64,000 bases of DNA from Mytilus californianus (lineage: Eukaryota): NCBI RefSeq assembly GCF_021869535.1, contig NW_026262581.1, positions 47,182,001-47,246,000 of the forward strand, read 5' to 3'. Below are positions 1-13,189 of this stretch, piece after piece (positions within the stretch are counted from its first letter, which is position 1; each line of letters opens with the position of its first letter). Made by a program: the position numbers and the translations under genes. The notes below the pieces were generated by a model. That model ran no database searches. It was not told the DNA's origin and saw only the letters and a list, made by a program, of their open reading frames with translations.

Positions 1-577
1 ATTCTTTTGGAATTTTTGGAATTTTACTAGTTTAAATACCAGGGTTCTTTTCATTTGGTAGGGATATACAAGTACGCATCCACGTCCAACTTTTAACCTT
101 AGCCCAAATTTACTATTATTTGTTCTTTTCATTATAAAACTGCTATTTATTTGGAATGATAAATACGCAGCCTCTGTTTGTCATATTTTACCAGCTTATA
201 TCGATCAGTGCTGTTCTTTTGGGAATGTATTTACACGCAGTTGTTGTAACATCTTAACTGACGTCATTTTGGAATTTTAAAGTTGTGCCAGTTCATATCT
301 ATAATTACTATTTTCATTTTAGGGATGTCTTTGGGTCGTTTTTTGGAAATTTAAAAAATTTATTAGCGTCTCTACATATGATGTTCGGGTGAAACTGTTT
401 CACTTTTTTTATTGTATAGAATTCAAGATTGCTATAGTTTAATAATCAGAATAGATTTATCTGATTCATTTTACATCGTGCTCATATTGATGAAGGATAT
501 CTGTTATCCGAAATATTTATAGTAACATTTGTTCGTTTATTGTCAATTTTTGGTGATGTTGTACCCTTTTAGACTGG

Positions 578-578
<1 letters not shown>

Positions 579-628
<50 letters not shown>
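579..628. repeat. (TA)n microsatellite, about 25 units
   Basis: Uninterrupted TA run read directly. Confidence 0.98.
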
Positions 629-630
<2 letters not shown>

Positions 631-804
631 ACTAGCTTGACCCATACAAACATGTAGCAAATTTATTTCTTCAAGTACAAAAATATATGTATTAGAGTAA
701 ATTTTATTTTAAGTCGATAAATCTATATGTGCTCCTTTCTTAAACATTATTTACATCATAGAATTCATAGTGACATTCACCCTTTAATATTCATACATGA
801 CAAT

Positions 805-935
805 GCAGTAAGGGTTTTGCTCATTGTTGAAGACCGTACGCGGTACCCTATAGTTGTTAACTTCAATGACATATGGTATCAGGCTGGTGGAGAGTTGTCT
901 CATTGGCAATCATACCACATCTTCTTATTATTATA
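805..935 (+). mobile_element. 3'-terminal fragment of Naiad-type repeat family A
   Basis: Ends GGAGAGTTGTCTCATTGGCAATCATACCACATCTTCTTATT, matching the ends of the copies at 5.5-6.1, 36.3-37.0, 42.9-43.6 and 53.4-53.9 kb. Confidence 0.7.
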
Positions 936-1002
936 TATGCTGTAACTCTGGTTCCTTAACTGATTTGGGTCCTTTTCAACATTTGTATTAGCTGTGGAAT
1001 CG

Positions 1003-1149
1003 CAGTGGCGGATCCAGGGGGTGGGTGGAACCCCCCCCCCCCCCCCTTTTTTTTGACGATCAATGCATTTGAATGGGGACATATAGTTGGAACCCCCCTT
1101 TATCCTGGATTGGGAACCCCCCTTTTGAAAATGGCTGGATCCACCCCTG
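1003..1149. mobile_element. Short GC-rich MITE
   Basis: Termini CAGTGGCGGATCCAG ... CTGGATCCACCCCTG are imperfect inverted repeats; flanks AATCG/AATCA resemble a 5-bp TSD. Confidence 0.7.
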
Positions 1150-2371
1150 AATCATGACACATATGATCCTTGTGATTTGATTCGACCCTCAGTTTTAATG
1201 ATATGAACTATTAAATCAACCAACTTGCTAGATGAGCACAGTATTATCAGACTTTAAGGTAAGCCTCTAGAGTAACAGGTGAAAATGAATGTTATGTCAG
1301 ATAAATCCCCCCCTTCCCCCACTAAGAATTTCAAATACTTGTTCCCTTCAGACCCGTGCAATTAAGATGCGAACAACATATTCAACTTTCTGGTAAACTG
1401 GATAGACTTTATCGCTATTTGTCTGTCATTTCTGGACATCACAAAGGTTCCTGTAAAATTTTGACTTCACAATACAAAATGTGTGACGCCACAAAGGAAA
1501 AGTGATTGTTGTATGACGTCAATACTTCAAGTGTAGCAGATTATCAGGTCAAGTGTTCTGATATTCAATTAGCGATATGGTCTATTGTCTCCTGGTACGA
1601 GGAAAATTCTCCCTTACAAACCCGAAAATCAGTAATTCATGGAATTTCTTTTTGGTTTATATGGCTTTTTTTTGTGAGGCATTTTTTTTCAGGGCGAATT
1701 CAGTCTTTGAAAAGCTTCTTGACTTTCTAGACCAAAAATCAATCTTAAATCAAATTTCTTATACTTTACATTGCCTGTATATAAATTGTAACTTGTAAGG
1801 CCTCTTAACAGTGATGAAATTTACTGGTGTAGTTTATATGGCTAGTCGTGAACAAATTAATTTACCAGACAGATTTTTATATTGGCCATGGCAGTAGGGC
1901 TTGTGGTTAATCGTAATTAGAGACATAGTCTTGGTGGGGTGTCATGTGCATCAGATTTTTGTCAAATCTATTTATTTCTCTGCGGAACAGCTTAATCCCG
2001 CATTGCATGATAGGATACATATTTTTAAAATATATGAAAAGGGGAAATGGATGTCCCAGATGCTCACCGCTACTACAAAAGGATCGAAGTGCTATATGCA
2101 CATATCATTGGCCAAATGAACGACATGTCCTAATTAGTGTTTTTAAAACTTCTGAAAAATATTGACGGAAATGAGGAATGAGTAGTGAAAAATAAATGAA
2201 AACGGAACGACTCTGATTCTAATAACGGATGTTAGATATACTGCACATGTATATTTGGGTTAAGATGCATACGATGTTATATTTTTGTCCAGTTTCCCCA
2301 TGTTAAATAATTAAAATGAGAAGGTATTTACCTTACAGCTTCATTTTCCAGCGATGCTCGAATGTATAAAT

Positions 2372-2541
2372 CAGTGGCGGATCTAGAAATTTTCAGAAGT
2401 GGGGGCCCACTGACTGCCTAAGAGGGGGCCCGCTCCAGTCATGCTTCAGTGATTCCCTATATAACCAACCAAACTTTTCCCAAAAAAGGGGGACCCGGGC
2501 CCCCTGCCCCCCCCCCCCCCCCCCACCTTAATACGCCTCTG
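2372..2541. mobile_element. Short GC-rich MITE with the same terminal type as 1003-1149
   Basis: CAGTGGCGGATCTAG ... TAATACGCCTCTG, flanked on both sides by TAAAT (2367-2371 and 2542-2546). Confidence 0.7.
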
Positions 2542-4690
2542 TAAATGATATAAAACAAGGTAAGCGTCTTGGACCTACTTTATCTCTTTATTCGGATACT
2601 TGCGGATATGTTCTCAAAGTTCAACAGGAATATTAGAAAAGAACCCGGATAGAACCAAGAAGTTGGGTTTCTATAACCAAACATCCCGGATGTTGAACCA
2701 GTTACCATGTCCTAATTTGTTGTAGATAAAACTTCTAGAAAAATATAGACGGAAATAAGAAATGAGTGGTAAAAAATAAATGAAACTGTTTATAATTAAT
2801 TAATCTACTAACAGACAATTTCAGAAAGATTTGCTATAAATTATGTCAGTGCCTAAGTACTAACTACTGAGATGATGATATCCTCGGGGACTGATAGTCT
2901 ACAAGCGGCGGTAGCAGCATTCCGAATAATATATAATGAATATTTGTATCAGCCGGTCAAAGACCATTCTTCTAGATAGTTGTTCAAGATGCGTTGTTAA
3001 AGTAATTTCACGGTGAACAAACTAATCGGTCAATCGGAAATAAAACTCAAACAAATCTTTCTGCGAATCATCACACAGAAATGTCTATCATTCTTGCTTT
3101 TACATGTTATAGCAATTAACAATAGTACTTATGTTTTAACTCGGCTTTAATGTCAAACTAAGTTCTATCCTAGATGTCATAGTGGTTGTCGATTGACAAC
3201 AAATCATTGTGATATTTTATGCGTTCCAAATTTTCTTTTATTATGGCCGCTTTGTGTTCCATAAAGGTTTTAGTTAACAGGGATATGTGTACAAGCGTAT
3301 AAAGTACAATGTTCATAGAAAAAGAATAAATGTATTCAGTCAGATGACTTATTTCAATCTAATATGACCGATAGTAATACACTATGATAATCATTGTCAA
3401 TATGAATATATTGATAAAGACAGTATAATGTAAATTAACCCATGCCATAAAATCAAAACAAATCCACTTGAAAAACGAGCCAAATGTAAAGGAACTTTTT
3501 TATTGCTACTCTCTATCCCTAAAAACATTAGTGTCTTCTATACGGACCAAACGTTGACCTCTCACCGGAAGTTAAGGACGGACGTTTCAAATATAGTATA
3601 TCTAACGTTCTAGTAATTTGGATTTTTTAGAATTTTTGTGTGCATTAAAAGTCCATTGAATTGCATTTAATATCGAAAAATCCTTTATGATGAATTTATA
3701 ATTATTAAAAACACTCAAATAAAATAGTGTTGACAAATGGAATGATGTACAGAATGCTTTTAGGAGTATTGTTTATAAATCATTTGAAAACATTTTAATT
3801 GATTGTATCTCTGCTCTGAAAATATAAATTTCCTATATCGATGTCTACAAAATTTCATAAAAATTCGAGAAACAAACCTTTGTCAAGTTCTGAAATACTT
3901 CCTGTTTTCCTTAATTCATCATTGTGATATTGCATATTAAATTAACTATAATTGCACCACTTGACTCCAAACCGAAGTTAAGAGCTATGTTATTTTGATT
4001 GGGCAAAATATACATACCTCTTTATGGACTTCCGCTATTATCATTTGAAAATATTATTTCTTGAAGACAAATAAAAGAAAAATAATTTGCCTGAGATGGT
4101 CAGATATTGTACAAATATACCAAAGGTGCAAACAAAAAATAACACACACAATTGAAATACATAGTCAAAAGGGATACTAATAAGTTGAATAAAGAAACAA
4201 CAGATTACAACATCTTGCACTTTTCACTGAAAAGTGAGCAACACGAACCATACATAAACTCCGGGTAAACTCAGTTGCTTCAGGAGGGAAATCTGTTTCT
4301 AATAAAAGAGTTGAACACTTCGTGAGGCTTATGCCAAAGTAAATTCTGCTAATTAGACGGATTCAGAGACGTAAAAGATATTACAAGAAAATATGTATCT
4401 TAGGGCTGCGTCAGGTTTATGACAAACTAAAGGTAATTATATTAGTGTGAAATGATGTAATGATTTCATGTTATGTCTTTGTTTATTTGATAAAAACATC
4501 TTTTCGACAGTGTAAACACTGAACACGGCTGTCATTCGGTATATCGAGAAAAATACAACCCATACAGACATAATTGGTTAGTGTGGCACTCACAATTTAA
4601 TCATACAAAGACGCCAACAACAAAAAATTTGTAGGAGATAATACAGTCAGTGTAGTAAAGCATAATTACGGAGCCTCTTAAGTATTTTCA

Positions 4691-5095
4691 GCACGACTTT
4701 CAAACTGGTGCGCATGACTTTCAAACTGGTGCGCATGACTTACACACTGGCGCGCAGAAATTTCAAAATGGTATGCACGACTTTCAAACTCGTGCTCATG
4801 ACTTTAAAAAATTGTATGCACGACATTCAAGAACTAGTGCGCAAGTCTTTTTTCAGCGCATGATTTTCAAACTGGCGCGCAGAAATTTTCAAAATTGTAT
4901 GCACGACTTTTAAACTCGTGCTCACGACTTTCGACCTTGTGCGCATGACTTTCAAACTGGTGCGCACGATTTTCAAAATGGTGTGCATGACTTTCAGAAT
5001 GGTGCGCATGACGTTCAAGCACTGGTTCGCACGACTTTTAAACTCGTCCGAGCACTAGTTTGGAATTCGTGCGCACCAGTTTCCAAATGTCATAC
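4691..5095 (+). repeat. 21-bp minisatellite (consensus GCATGACTTTCAAACTGGTGC), about 17 degenerate units
   Basis: Unit read repeatedly; the last unit near 5078-5092 is inverted (GTGCGCACCAGTTT). Explains the 7-aa periodic ORFs 4827..5018 and 4983..5267. Confidence 0.9.
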
Positions 5096-5494
5096 GAGAT
5101 TTAATCTGGTGAGCACTTGTTTGATTAAATCTCCTGCAAACGAAAATATTTCTATTTGCTTGGCACTTAAGGGCTCCTTACATAATGACACATACATTTT
5201 CCCGATAGAATACAAAAAAAAAGGAAAATATAAATACAAGGGCCTACAAAATGAAACAACACTTTAAAACCTCATGTGTCCGAATCGCATATGTGAATTC
5301 ACCTTCATAACGAACGCCAAAAGCAAAAAAACCTGAAAGCTGGATGCACATATACCGAGAGGCATAAGTCTAAATGGGACATAAAAGTACAAAGACAAAT
5401 AAAGATAAAACTGTAAAGTAGATAGAATGCTACACAGAGTCTGCACCTATAATCTATAACTCAAGACCATCCTGTATTATTTAAGGAGACACAT

Positions 5495-6120
5495 TGGATG
5501 TTGGATGTATACTGATTTATACTTTAGTCTTAGATACATGATTTGTTCTATTAGGTGTTATTGGCTTTGAAGTAACTGTCAGTATCTGCGGGTACTCCCA
5601 GATCTGTACTTAGTGTCTTTTTTTGTTGTTAATAATGAGGAAAGGATATATATACCCTGCAACGTCCTGTCTGTTTGTTTGATGTTTTTCTTTGTATCGA
5701 TCTGATAAGTTAAGCCTTTTTCAACTGATTTTTATAGTTTTTTATTATGTTGTGCTGTTACACCACTGTCCCAGGCTAGATGGAGGAGGGGGGTGAGTGC
5801 TCACAAACATGTTTAACCCCGCCACATTCTTTATGTACCTTTCCAAAGTCAGAAGCCTGTAGTTCAGCGGTTGTCGTTGGTTGACGGCTGTCATATTTGT
5901 TTTTCGTAAATTGTTTTGTTATTTAAATTAGACGGTTAGTTTTCTCAATTGAATTGTTTCATATTTTTATGTCGGGGCCTTTTATAGCCGACTATACGGT
6001 ATGACTTTTTCTCATTGTTGAAGGCCGTACAGTTGCCTATAATTGCTTACATCCACTTTATTTGAACTTTGGTGGATAGTGGTCTCTTTGGAAATCATAC
6101 CACACCTGCTTATTTTTATA
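5495..6120 (+). mobile_element. 5'-truncated Naiad family A 3' region (SINE-like dispersed repeat)
   Basis: Collinear with 36435-37030 (+), 42905-43530 (-) and 53383-53870 (-). At 42.9-44.0 kb the same sequence directly follows an RT C-terminus. Confidence 0.8.
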
Positions 6121-7045
6121 CTGAATATTATTTTATTATGTCTTGGTACTTTCTAATGAACTTTTTGAGAAAAAATGCGAGATGTTCTTACACAAAACCC
6201 TAGCTCATTAATTTTTTCCTAAGGCACTCATAACGTTTTACAAACTCTGTGTAGCAGCACCAAGCTCCTGAAAATCGTATGAGTTGAGATATGTATACTC
6301 CATACGCGGATAAAGTTGTTATATCGCTGCTAAGGTGAGGAAAATTCATAATTTCAAAATAGAAATCATCAAGTTTGTCATAGACTCTGTTATTGAGATG
6401 ACAGCTGTAGTCAAATTCAGGGTATATGTCTAAAAATGAGGCCGATGAAGCTGTATATGTGGTGTCTTTAATGTCTAATTCATGACTTTTAATAGGACCT
6501 AATCAGAAAACTATGTATTGTAAATTTTACCTGTATGTAAAATTTAAATGATAAAGCTTATTTGATCAAACCCTTCCGAAAACAAAAACCTACGCATTAA
6601 CATATTTCCAGGAGAAGACCACCAGACCCTCTATCGATTCAATCATTTGTGGGTGCATTACGCATTTTATATACATGTACAAAGATATTTACTTTTCGAC
6701 AATTTACGCTCCTGGAGGTCCTATTATCTTGGATGCCTAGTTACATGTAATATTGCATCTTTGATGAAAACAGGTCTAAGTGTGGGTTAATATATTATAT
6801 CACAAAAAAAGAAAAAAGTTCTGTTTATATGTATGTGTCTATATTTTCATATTTCATTTTTATGATAGTTCTAACTTCCTTGAGGCAAAAGTCATACATC
6901 TTTCACTTAATACTGTGCTATTATCATCAATATGAAGTTAAACAGGAAACGTTTGAATTTTGATAGTGTGTATATTGAATCATCATGCAATAAAAAATTT
7001 AAAACAGTGCTGTATTTAACTTGTCTACCATAAAGTAGACATTTT

Positions 7046-9527
7046 ATGGAGAATGTGTTTGCTTTTGCTTTTTTTATAACAGCATTTGTATTTGCATATG
7101 TTTCTTGTCATACATGCTTGATTCAAGGCAACAGAGGAGATTGTTCTTCACGAGGGCTTAAAACTGTTTCACAGGATTTACCTCGGAATCTTACGTGACT
7201 GGACTTAAAACGAAGTTTATAAAGTACAATATCACATGACGATTTCCAATTTGATGGAAGATTGATAATACAAATTTTAGACAAGAACAAGATTTCCGTA
7301 TTGCAATCAAATGCTTTTAGAGGACTTAAAAATTTGAAGTGTCAACGGCTGATAATATGTTTGATCTGAATACATCAAATGACTCTGAAATAATCGGACC
7401 TCTGAAATCTCTAGATAGGCTTTACCTTTCATGAAATGTGCAAGTATGAACAGATTTCCCAGTTTATTATCCGTTTTTTTTTCGGATTATATTTTCGTTA
7501 TTTTCTAGAAATGGATCTTGCTCGAAAGCCTGTGTAGAATAAATGTGGATTGTAAAAACAGAAACAGTTACGAACTTTACGAAAATGACAAATAGAACCT
7601 TAGCTGTCATGCCACCATCAGTAGAAAATGTCTACTTCGCTGGCTGTAAGGTTCGTCAGTTGTCTGAACTAAATTTTCGTAAACCTTTTCATTCCTTGAA
7701 GATTCTTCGCTTATTCCAAGTTTGCATGGACATTGCGTCAGCACTTAAGATTAAATATCCTTTTCAAAAAATGCAAGAGTTAAACTTTACAGAAGTTAAT
7801 CCTGGTTACTGTGATGGACTAATTAGGGCTCCATATGCAGTAAATATAACTAGTAATGTGACAAAATACTTGCGAAATATATGTCTAAGAAAATTAATTT
7901 TGATAAGAAATGGTATTGTTGATTTCAAGCCAAATTCTTTACTTTCTTACATATATCCTGAATATTTTGTTACAATCATTTTTTCTGGACACCGATTTTC
8001 AATAACAAATGGATTTAAAACAGTTGAACTAAAACATTTATACTGCAGTTGTCAAATCGTGTAACTTTCAAATATTTTGGGATTCTCAGTATTTCAACTG
8101 ACGAAATGATTTCAGGTTAAACGGCCAATACAGAATATGCAGAAAATCCGGATCATTTGATTACAAATAATTGGAAATCGAATGTTCAGATAACGTTCCC
8201 GTTCCCTCGATCACTAAAAATACTTGTTTTGTCGAAATTTGCTGGAGTTCAAGAGACTACTACTCCACACACCATATACTTTTCGAATATTAACTATTTT
8301 GCGTGTTTTCGATAATCCTATTTCAAGATGATGTATTTTGCAAATATTGTGTTCAATGGTACAAACTTATTGGAATATGTTGACCTTTCAGTAGTTGACT
8401 CAACTCTATTCATGAATGAAGAATATTCCATTGTTAAAAGAATCTAAAACTTTGATATCAAAACATGCAAGGCTTGATTTGACACTTAGTAAAGGTAGAA
8501 AAATATTTAATCTTGTGCCAACAGTAAAAAGATTGGATATATCATATAACCACTTATTGTTTCTTCCAAATGAGGCATTCAACTCAAAAATAACCTTAAG
8601 ACATCTTGATATGGGAGTCAACTTATTTTCGGAAGTACCAATACCGATGCACAATTAACAAACCTGGAAATTCTAAATTTAAAACATAATAATCTCAAAA
8701 CGATCAATGAGACGTTCACCACTTGTTCGATTGGAGAAATGAGCAAATTCAGGCTTCTTTTCAACTGACACTTTCTGCAAATGTTTTTAGATGTAATTGT
8801 GAGAATTCTAATTTTGTGTTATGGATTTCCAAAACAAGGATAAAACTTGATAAACTTAAGAGAAATTACACGTGCCAGTTGGAAAACGGAATGTATACTA
8901 ATACACAGAAAGCGGCAGAAAATTTCGATGAATTTTATGGTAATTGTGAAAATGAAATGTGGCTCCGAGTTGGTATATGTCTACTCGTGGTATTCATAAC
9001 ATTTACTACTATTGCAGTTATAATTAATTTCAGGTGGCGAATAACATATTAAGTATATCGGGTTTTAAAAGAGTTGATAAAAATGATTTAAGGTCAAAAT
9101 TCAAATACGGTATTTACTTATCATACTCAGATGATTGCTTCAATTTGCTTAAAGACGTGTTAAAACCGAAAATTGAGAACACGCTGAAAATGACAATGTG
9201 TATAGAAGGTCGGGATATTCTAGCTGGAATTATCCGATCTAATTCTATTTCCCAGTCTTTTCATGAAAGTAAAAATATATTATCTATCATTTCTAAATCA
9301 TTCAGCGAAAAAACATGGGGAAAGTTCGAGATTGAAATAGCAGAGTTTGAAAAGTTCACTGGGCATCTGTAGCGTAGAATTGTCATTACCAGCACGTCCA
9401 AGTAGAGAACTTCCCAATGGAACTCGATTGTATTCTTGATGATGTCTTTCTCGTGGACTGGTCCAACCAGGAAATTGAAAATGGATGGAACAAATTGAGA
9501 ATGGCGTTATTTTCAGACTACAGTTAA
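7046..9527 (+). pseudogene. Toll-like receptor pseudogene (LRR-TM-TIR), paralog of 24915-27419
   Basis: Aligns end to end with the 24.9-27.4 kb TLR. Lesions include TCA>TGA at 7196, further stops and several frameshifts (ORF pieces 7543-8064, 8416-8658, 8723-9052, 9034-9372). LRR-CT motif NVFRCNCENS, TM segment and TIR motif KYGIYLSYS are visible. Confidence 0.95.
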
Positions 9528-9984
9528 ATTCAACAGTATTACTGAAGATTCTGGGATTGCAAGTAATACATATAACTGGTTTATCGTTCGTTAGTTCTAT
9601 TAGACTGATACCTTGCAGATTCAACTGGGTTTTTTAATGGGTCTACAAAAGGAATTTAACTTAATTTTGGGATCTGAAAATATTGCAACCAACAAATTAG
9701 GTTATTCACTAAAGCATATATAGGTGTTGCGAAACTGTCGTGTTAGAGTCTTAAGTTATTATAACCTATTCGTTTTCCCTTTTTTAATAAATCAATTAAT
9801 TGCATCTTCTCGTTAAAAATAAATATATAGAAGCAATCGTAAAACCAACGATATCGAGTTCGCTGATATCAATTGAGACAATAAGCTGATGTAGAAACTA
9901 GAATGATCACGAATCTAAATAGTATACATGAATATATAAAAGTATAAACATTCCAAAATTATGCTAGAATTGCCTTTCTTTACA

Positions 9985-11070
9985 TTACAGAAAATATACA
10001 AGCAAACTCTTAAAAGGATTAGATACAACATTGTACAAATTAGCTACACTATCATTTAATTTCACAATCAGATATCTTGATAATGTTCTTTCCATTAACA
10101 ATCCAAACTGTTCTGATTCGGTTCCATTAATATATCCTCCAGAACTAGAAATTAAAGAAACAACAGACATGGCTTCCTCTGCCTCATTTGTAGACGTATT
10201 CCTCGAAGTTCACATAAGAGGTCATTATAGTACCAGAATCTTTGACAAACGAGACGATTTTAATTTTGAAATTATAAATTTCTCCACCTTAGCAGCAATA
10301 TACCAACTTCACCTGCATATGGGATATACGTTTCCCAACTCATTCGGTATTCAAGAGCTTGCAGCTCCTACTCAGACTTTATAAAACGTCACCAGTGTCT
10401 GAGCAGAAAGTTGATGAACCAGGGTTATGACAAGGAACGTCTCGTCATTTTTCTAAAAAAATTCATTGGAAGATACCAAGACCTTGTTGATAAATATTCC
10501 GTATCAACTTAACAAATAATATATAATGGTTTTGAAGTATAGGTTCTAGGTACTGACGTTGTTTCTCCTCTTTATTACGTGTAATAGTGTTCTTTTTATT
10601 TGTCCTTGTACATCTGTTACCTTTACTGTTTAGTCCATTTATTTTGGTTATATACTTAAGCTTTTAGCGAGGCTCAGTGTTTATGCAATTCGCCATTGGT
10701 TTATTGTACTATGGTCAATTTTGTATTCTTAACTTTCATTTTTGCATCTATTTTGCATTTTTGTCTATAGAATGTCTATATGCCATTTTGTATTTTATTT
10801 TATAGTGATTAAGATTATACACAATGTTGACTGCTGAACTCCAATTTTAGCTATTTTAATTTTTCTGTTTGTTTTGCTCACACATTGTTGTCAATATATT
10901 GGAATTCTATGCAACTGTCATATAAGTGAGAGGTTTCGCTATAAAACCAGGTTTTATCCACTATTTTCTACATAAGAAAATGCCTGTACCAAGTCAGGAA
11001 TATGACAGTTGTTGTCCAATCGTTTGATGTGTTTGAGCTTTTGATTTTGCCACTTTCTGTTTTGAATTTC
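9985..11070 (+). mobile_element. 5'-truncated Penelope-like (Naiad-type) retroelement: RT C-terminus plus 3' region (family C)
   Basis: ORF 10031-10384 has RYLDNVLSINN and IFDKRDDFNFEIINF; a shifted frame continues into a YGIYVSQLIRYSRAC-like motif. The tail at 10800-11070 matches 41265-41610. Confidence 0.85.
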
Positions 11071-11099
11071 CCAATACCATGTAGTACATCTACTGACGA

Positions 11100-11370
11100 A
11101 ATGTGAAAGAATCAAAACGAGGAAACCGACGGCCTTCTATGCAAACACAATTTATGAAAAAAATACAGCATACAGCAACAAAAGACAACCACTTATGTTC
11201 ATGTGCCTGACTATGAAAGGTACATAAAGAATATGGCGGGGTTTAATATTTTTGCAAGCGCCCGACCCTCCAACTACCTTGGTCAGGAGTGACAGCACAA
11301 CATATAAACAAACTGTAAACATCAGTTGAGAGGGATTTCCTCATCATGTTGGTACGAAGCACAAAATATA
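11100..11370 (-). mobile_element. Degenerate Naiad family A 3' fragment
   Basis: Reverse-complement similarity to 5700-6000 (ACATAAAGAATATGGCGGGGTTTAA, CAGCACAACATA motifs). Confidence 0.6.
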
Positions 11371-11988
11371 AAACCAACAGAAAGGCTATATATATTTGTT
11401 TTTCATTTATTGTTTTAGCAGGCTGTCAGTTTTATTTCTTTCAAATTTATCTTTTGGGAGCTTTTAAAAGGATCATTGGTTGAAAGGTTCGAAGTCACAA
11501 AATCACTTTTGGTTCGAGACACTATTACTTTAATTAGTTGTTAATTTTGCTTGTTATTGTTTTTATGATATGTGTGTTATTATACCGTTAAATTCTAGCT
11601 AGGTGTTTTACCTTTACTTATATTGATTGTATGCCCTTTTGTGTTCCTCTGATTTGAAATGTAAAGGGGGTGAAATATTTAACTAGTGTAACTCAACCAC
11701 ATTTTTGTGTGACTGTAGTAAATCAGAAACCTCGAAAATGGTTTCCTTTTGTTACATACTAAACAGAATAATTTAAACAATTGAAACTGATTAAAAATTT
11801 TTGATATCGTCTTTCAAAATTATTCATTTCTTTTCTGGATTCGGGCTATTTATATCTCAACATATTGTATAGTCATATATCTTTCGTGCAAGACGGTGTT
11901 GAAATTCATACATCTTGTGTTGGTTTTTTGTTGTAGTGCATATTTGCTATCTCATTGACGTATATATATTTTATGAATATATATCTTT

Positions 11989-12362
11989 GAAATCCGGATA
12001 TGGTGTACAAAAACCTTTGCACCTTTTGTTTGAGGTATACCATCTTTTCCGCAAGTTTATTGTTTTTCTGTTTAGTATTAAATTTATAATTAAGACCCAT
12101 TTATTACATCGGTGATCCGTTTATTTGGCAATCGCCAATGGCAGTCAGCAGGGTTTAAGAACATTTGTTGTTCGACCTGTTAGTCAAATGCGATTTGTTA
12201 AAATATACTTTTTCACTTTTTTGATCTTTTGGAAAATGCTGTTTGTGCTGTATTTAGACCCATCTAACAAGAAATTTGTTTTGCATGCACACGTATAAAA
12301 ATTACGGGTTTTATCCAGCGCAATCATAGGTTTGAACGTTGTTTTCAATTTATACTTGTTTA
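11989..12362 (+). mobile_element. Partial copy of the 540-bp hammerhead (retrozyme-like) unit
   Basis: Starts at GAAATCCGGATATGGTGT (3' half of the ribozyme only) and is collinear with 52446-52820. Confidence 0.85.
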
Positions 12363-12480
12363 TCTTTGAAATTTGATGCAGTTAAAATACATTCAAGAAA
12401 TTTACCTCAATCAGAGACATTCGACTAGAACCAAAAGTCCTTTTTAGACTCTCGAATCTTTCAACTAATGCTTCTTATAA

Positions 12481-12809
12481 AGCTAGAGGTATAGGGGGAG
12501 GGTTGAGATCTCATAAACATGTTTAACCCCGCCGCATTTTTGCGCCTGTCCCAAGTCAGGAGCCTATAGCCTTTGTTAGTCTTGTATTATTTTTAATTTT
12601 AGTTTCTTGTGTACAATTTGGAGTTTAGTATGGCGTTCATTATCACTGAACTAGTATATATATTTGTTTAGGGGCCAGCTGAAGGACGCCTCCGGTTGCG
12701 GGAATTTCTCGCTGCATTGAAGACCTGTTGGTGACCTTCTGCTGTTGTCTGTTCTATGGTCGTGTTGTTGTCTCTTTGACACATTCCCCATTTCCATTCT
12801 CAATTTTAT
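12481..12809 (+). mobile_element. 3' terminus of the Naiad at 19956-22064 (family B), truncated downstream of the SECIS
   Basis: Near-identical to 21737-22064 (GCTAGAGGTATAGGGGGAGGGTTGAGATCTC ... CCCCATTTCCATTCTCAATTTTAT). Confidence 0.9.
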
Positions 12810-13189
12810 TCTTATAAAGACTTCCAAATATTTTGGTTATAAAACATTTAACTCATTCGACTTAACTTTTGACTTCATAGGCGTACGCATCATTAAAATG
12901 TTGACAAATGAGCCTTTAAAGTGCGGGGTAGTATTTGAAATAGTACTTTTATTCAGTATTAAAAGAAATCGTTGTTTTTAATCGGGTTCGGAAGATATTC
13001 AGATACCAGTATTTCCATTAAATTATTATTGAATAACAGAGAACTTATGTTCATCAAAATAGTATTAATGCGTCTGTAAAAACGGAGGATGATGCTTTAT
13101 GAATAGTAATTAAACTGATCGTATCCTAAGATATTCATTTTTCTTATATTCTTTAACATACTTCCTGACTGCATACATGAAATTCTTTG

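Larger units (their letters stand above)
3150..9990 (+). repeat. Segmental duplication block (TLR locus plus upstream DNA), paralogous to about 22755-27810
   Basis: Collinear matches: 3155-3300 with 22757-22905, 3320-4500 with 23375-24600, 6830-9990 with 24700-27810. This copy carries about 2.2 kb of extra sequence at 4560-6800. Boundaries approximate. Confidence 0.85.

Noticed and set aside
4691-5095. CRISPR-like array (also the 46-bp and 166-bp repeats)
   Set aside because: Units are contiguous with no unique spacers, there are no cas genes, and the context is eukaryotic.
7196-7198. TGA in the first TLR copy as selenocysteine
   Set aside because: It aligns to Ser (TCA) in the paralog, and the copy has many other stops and frameshifts.
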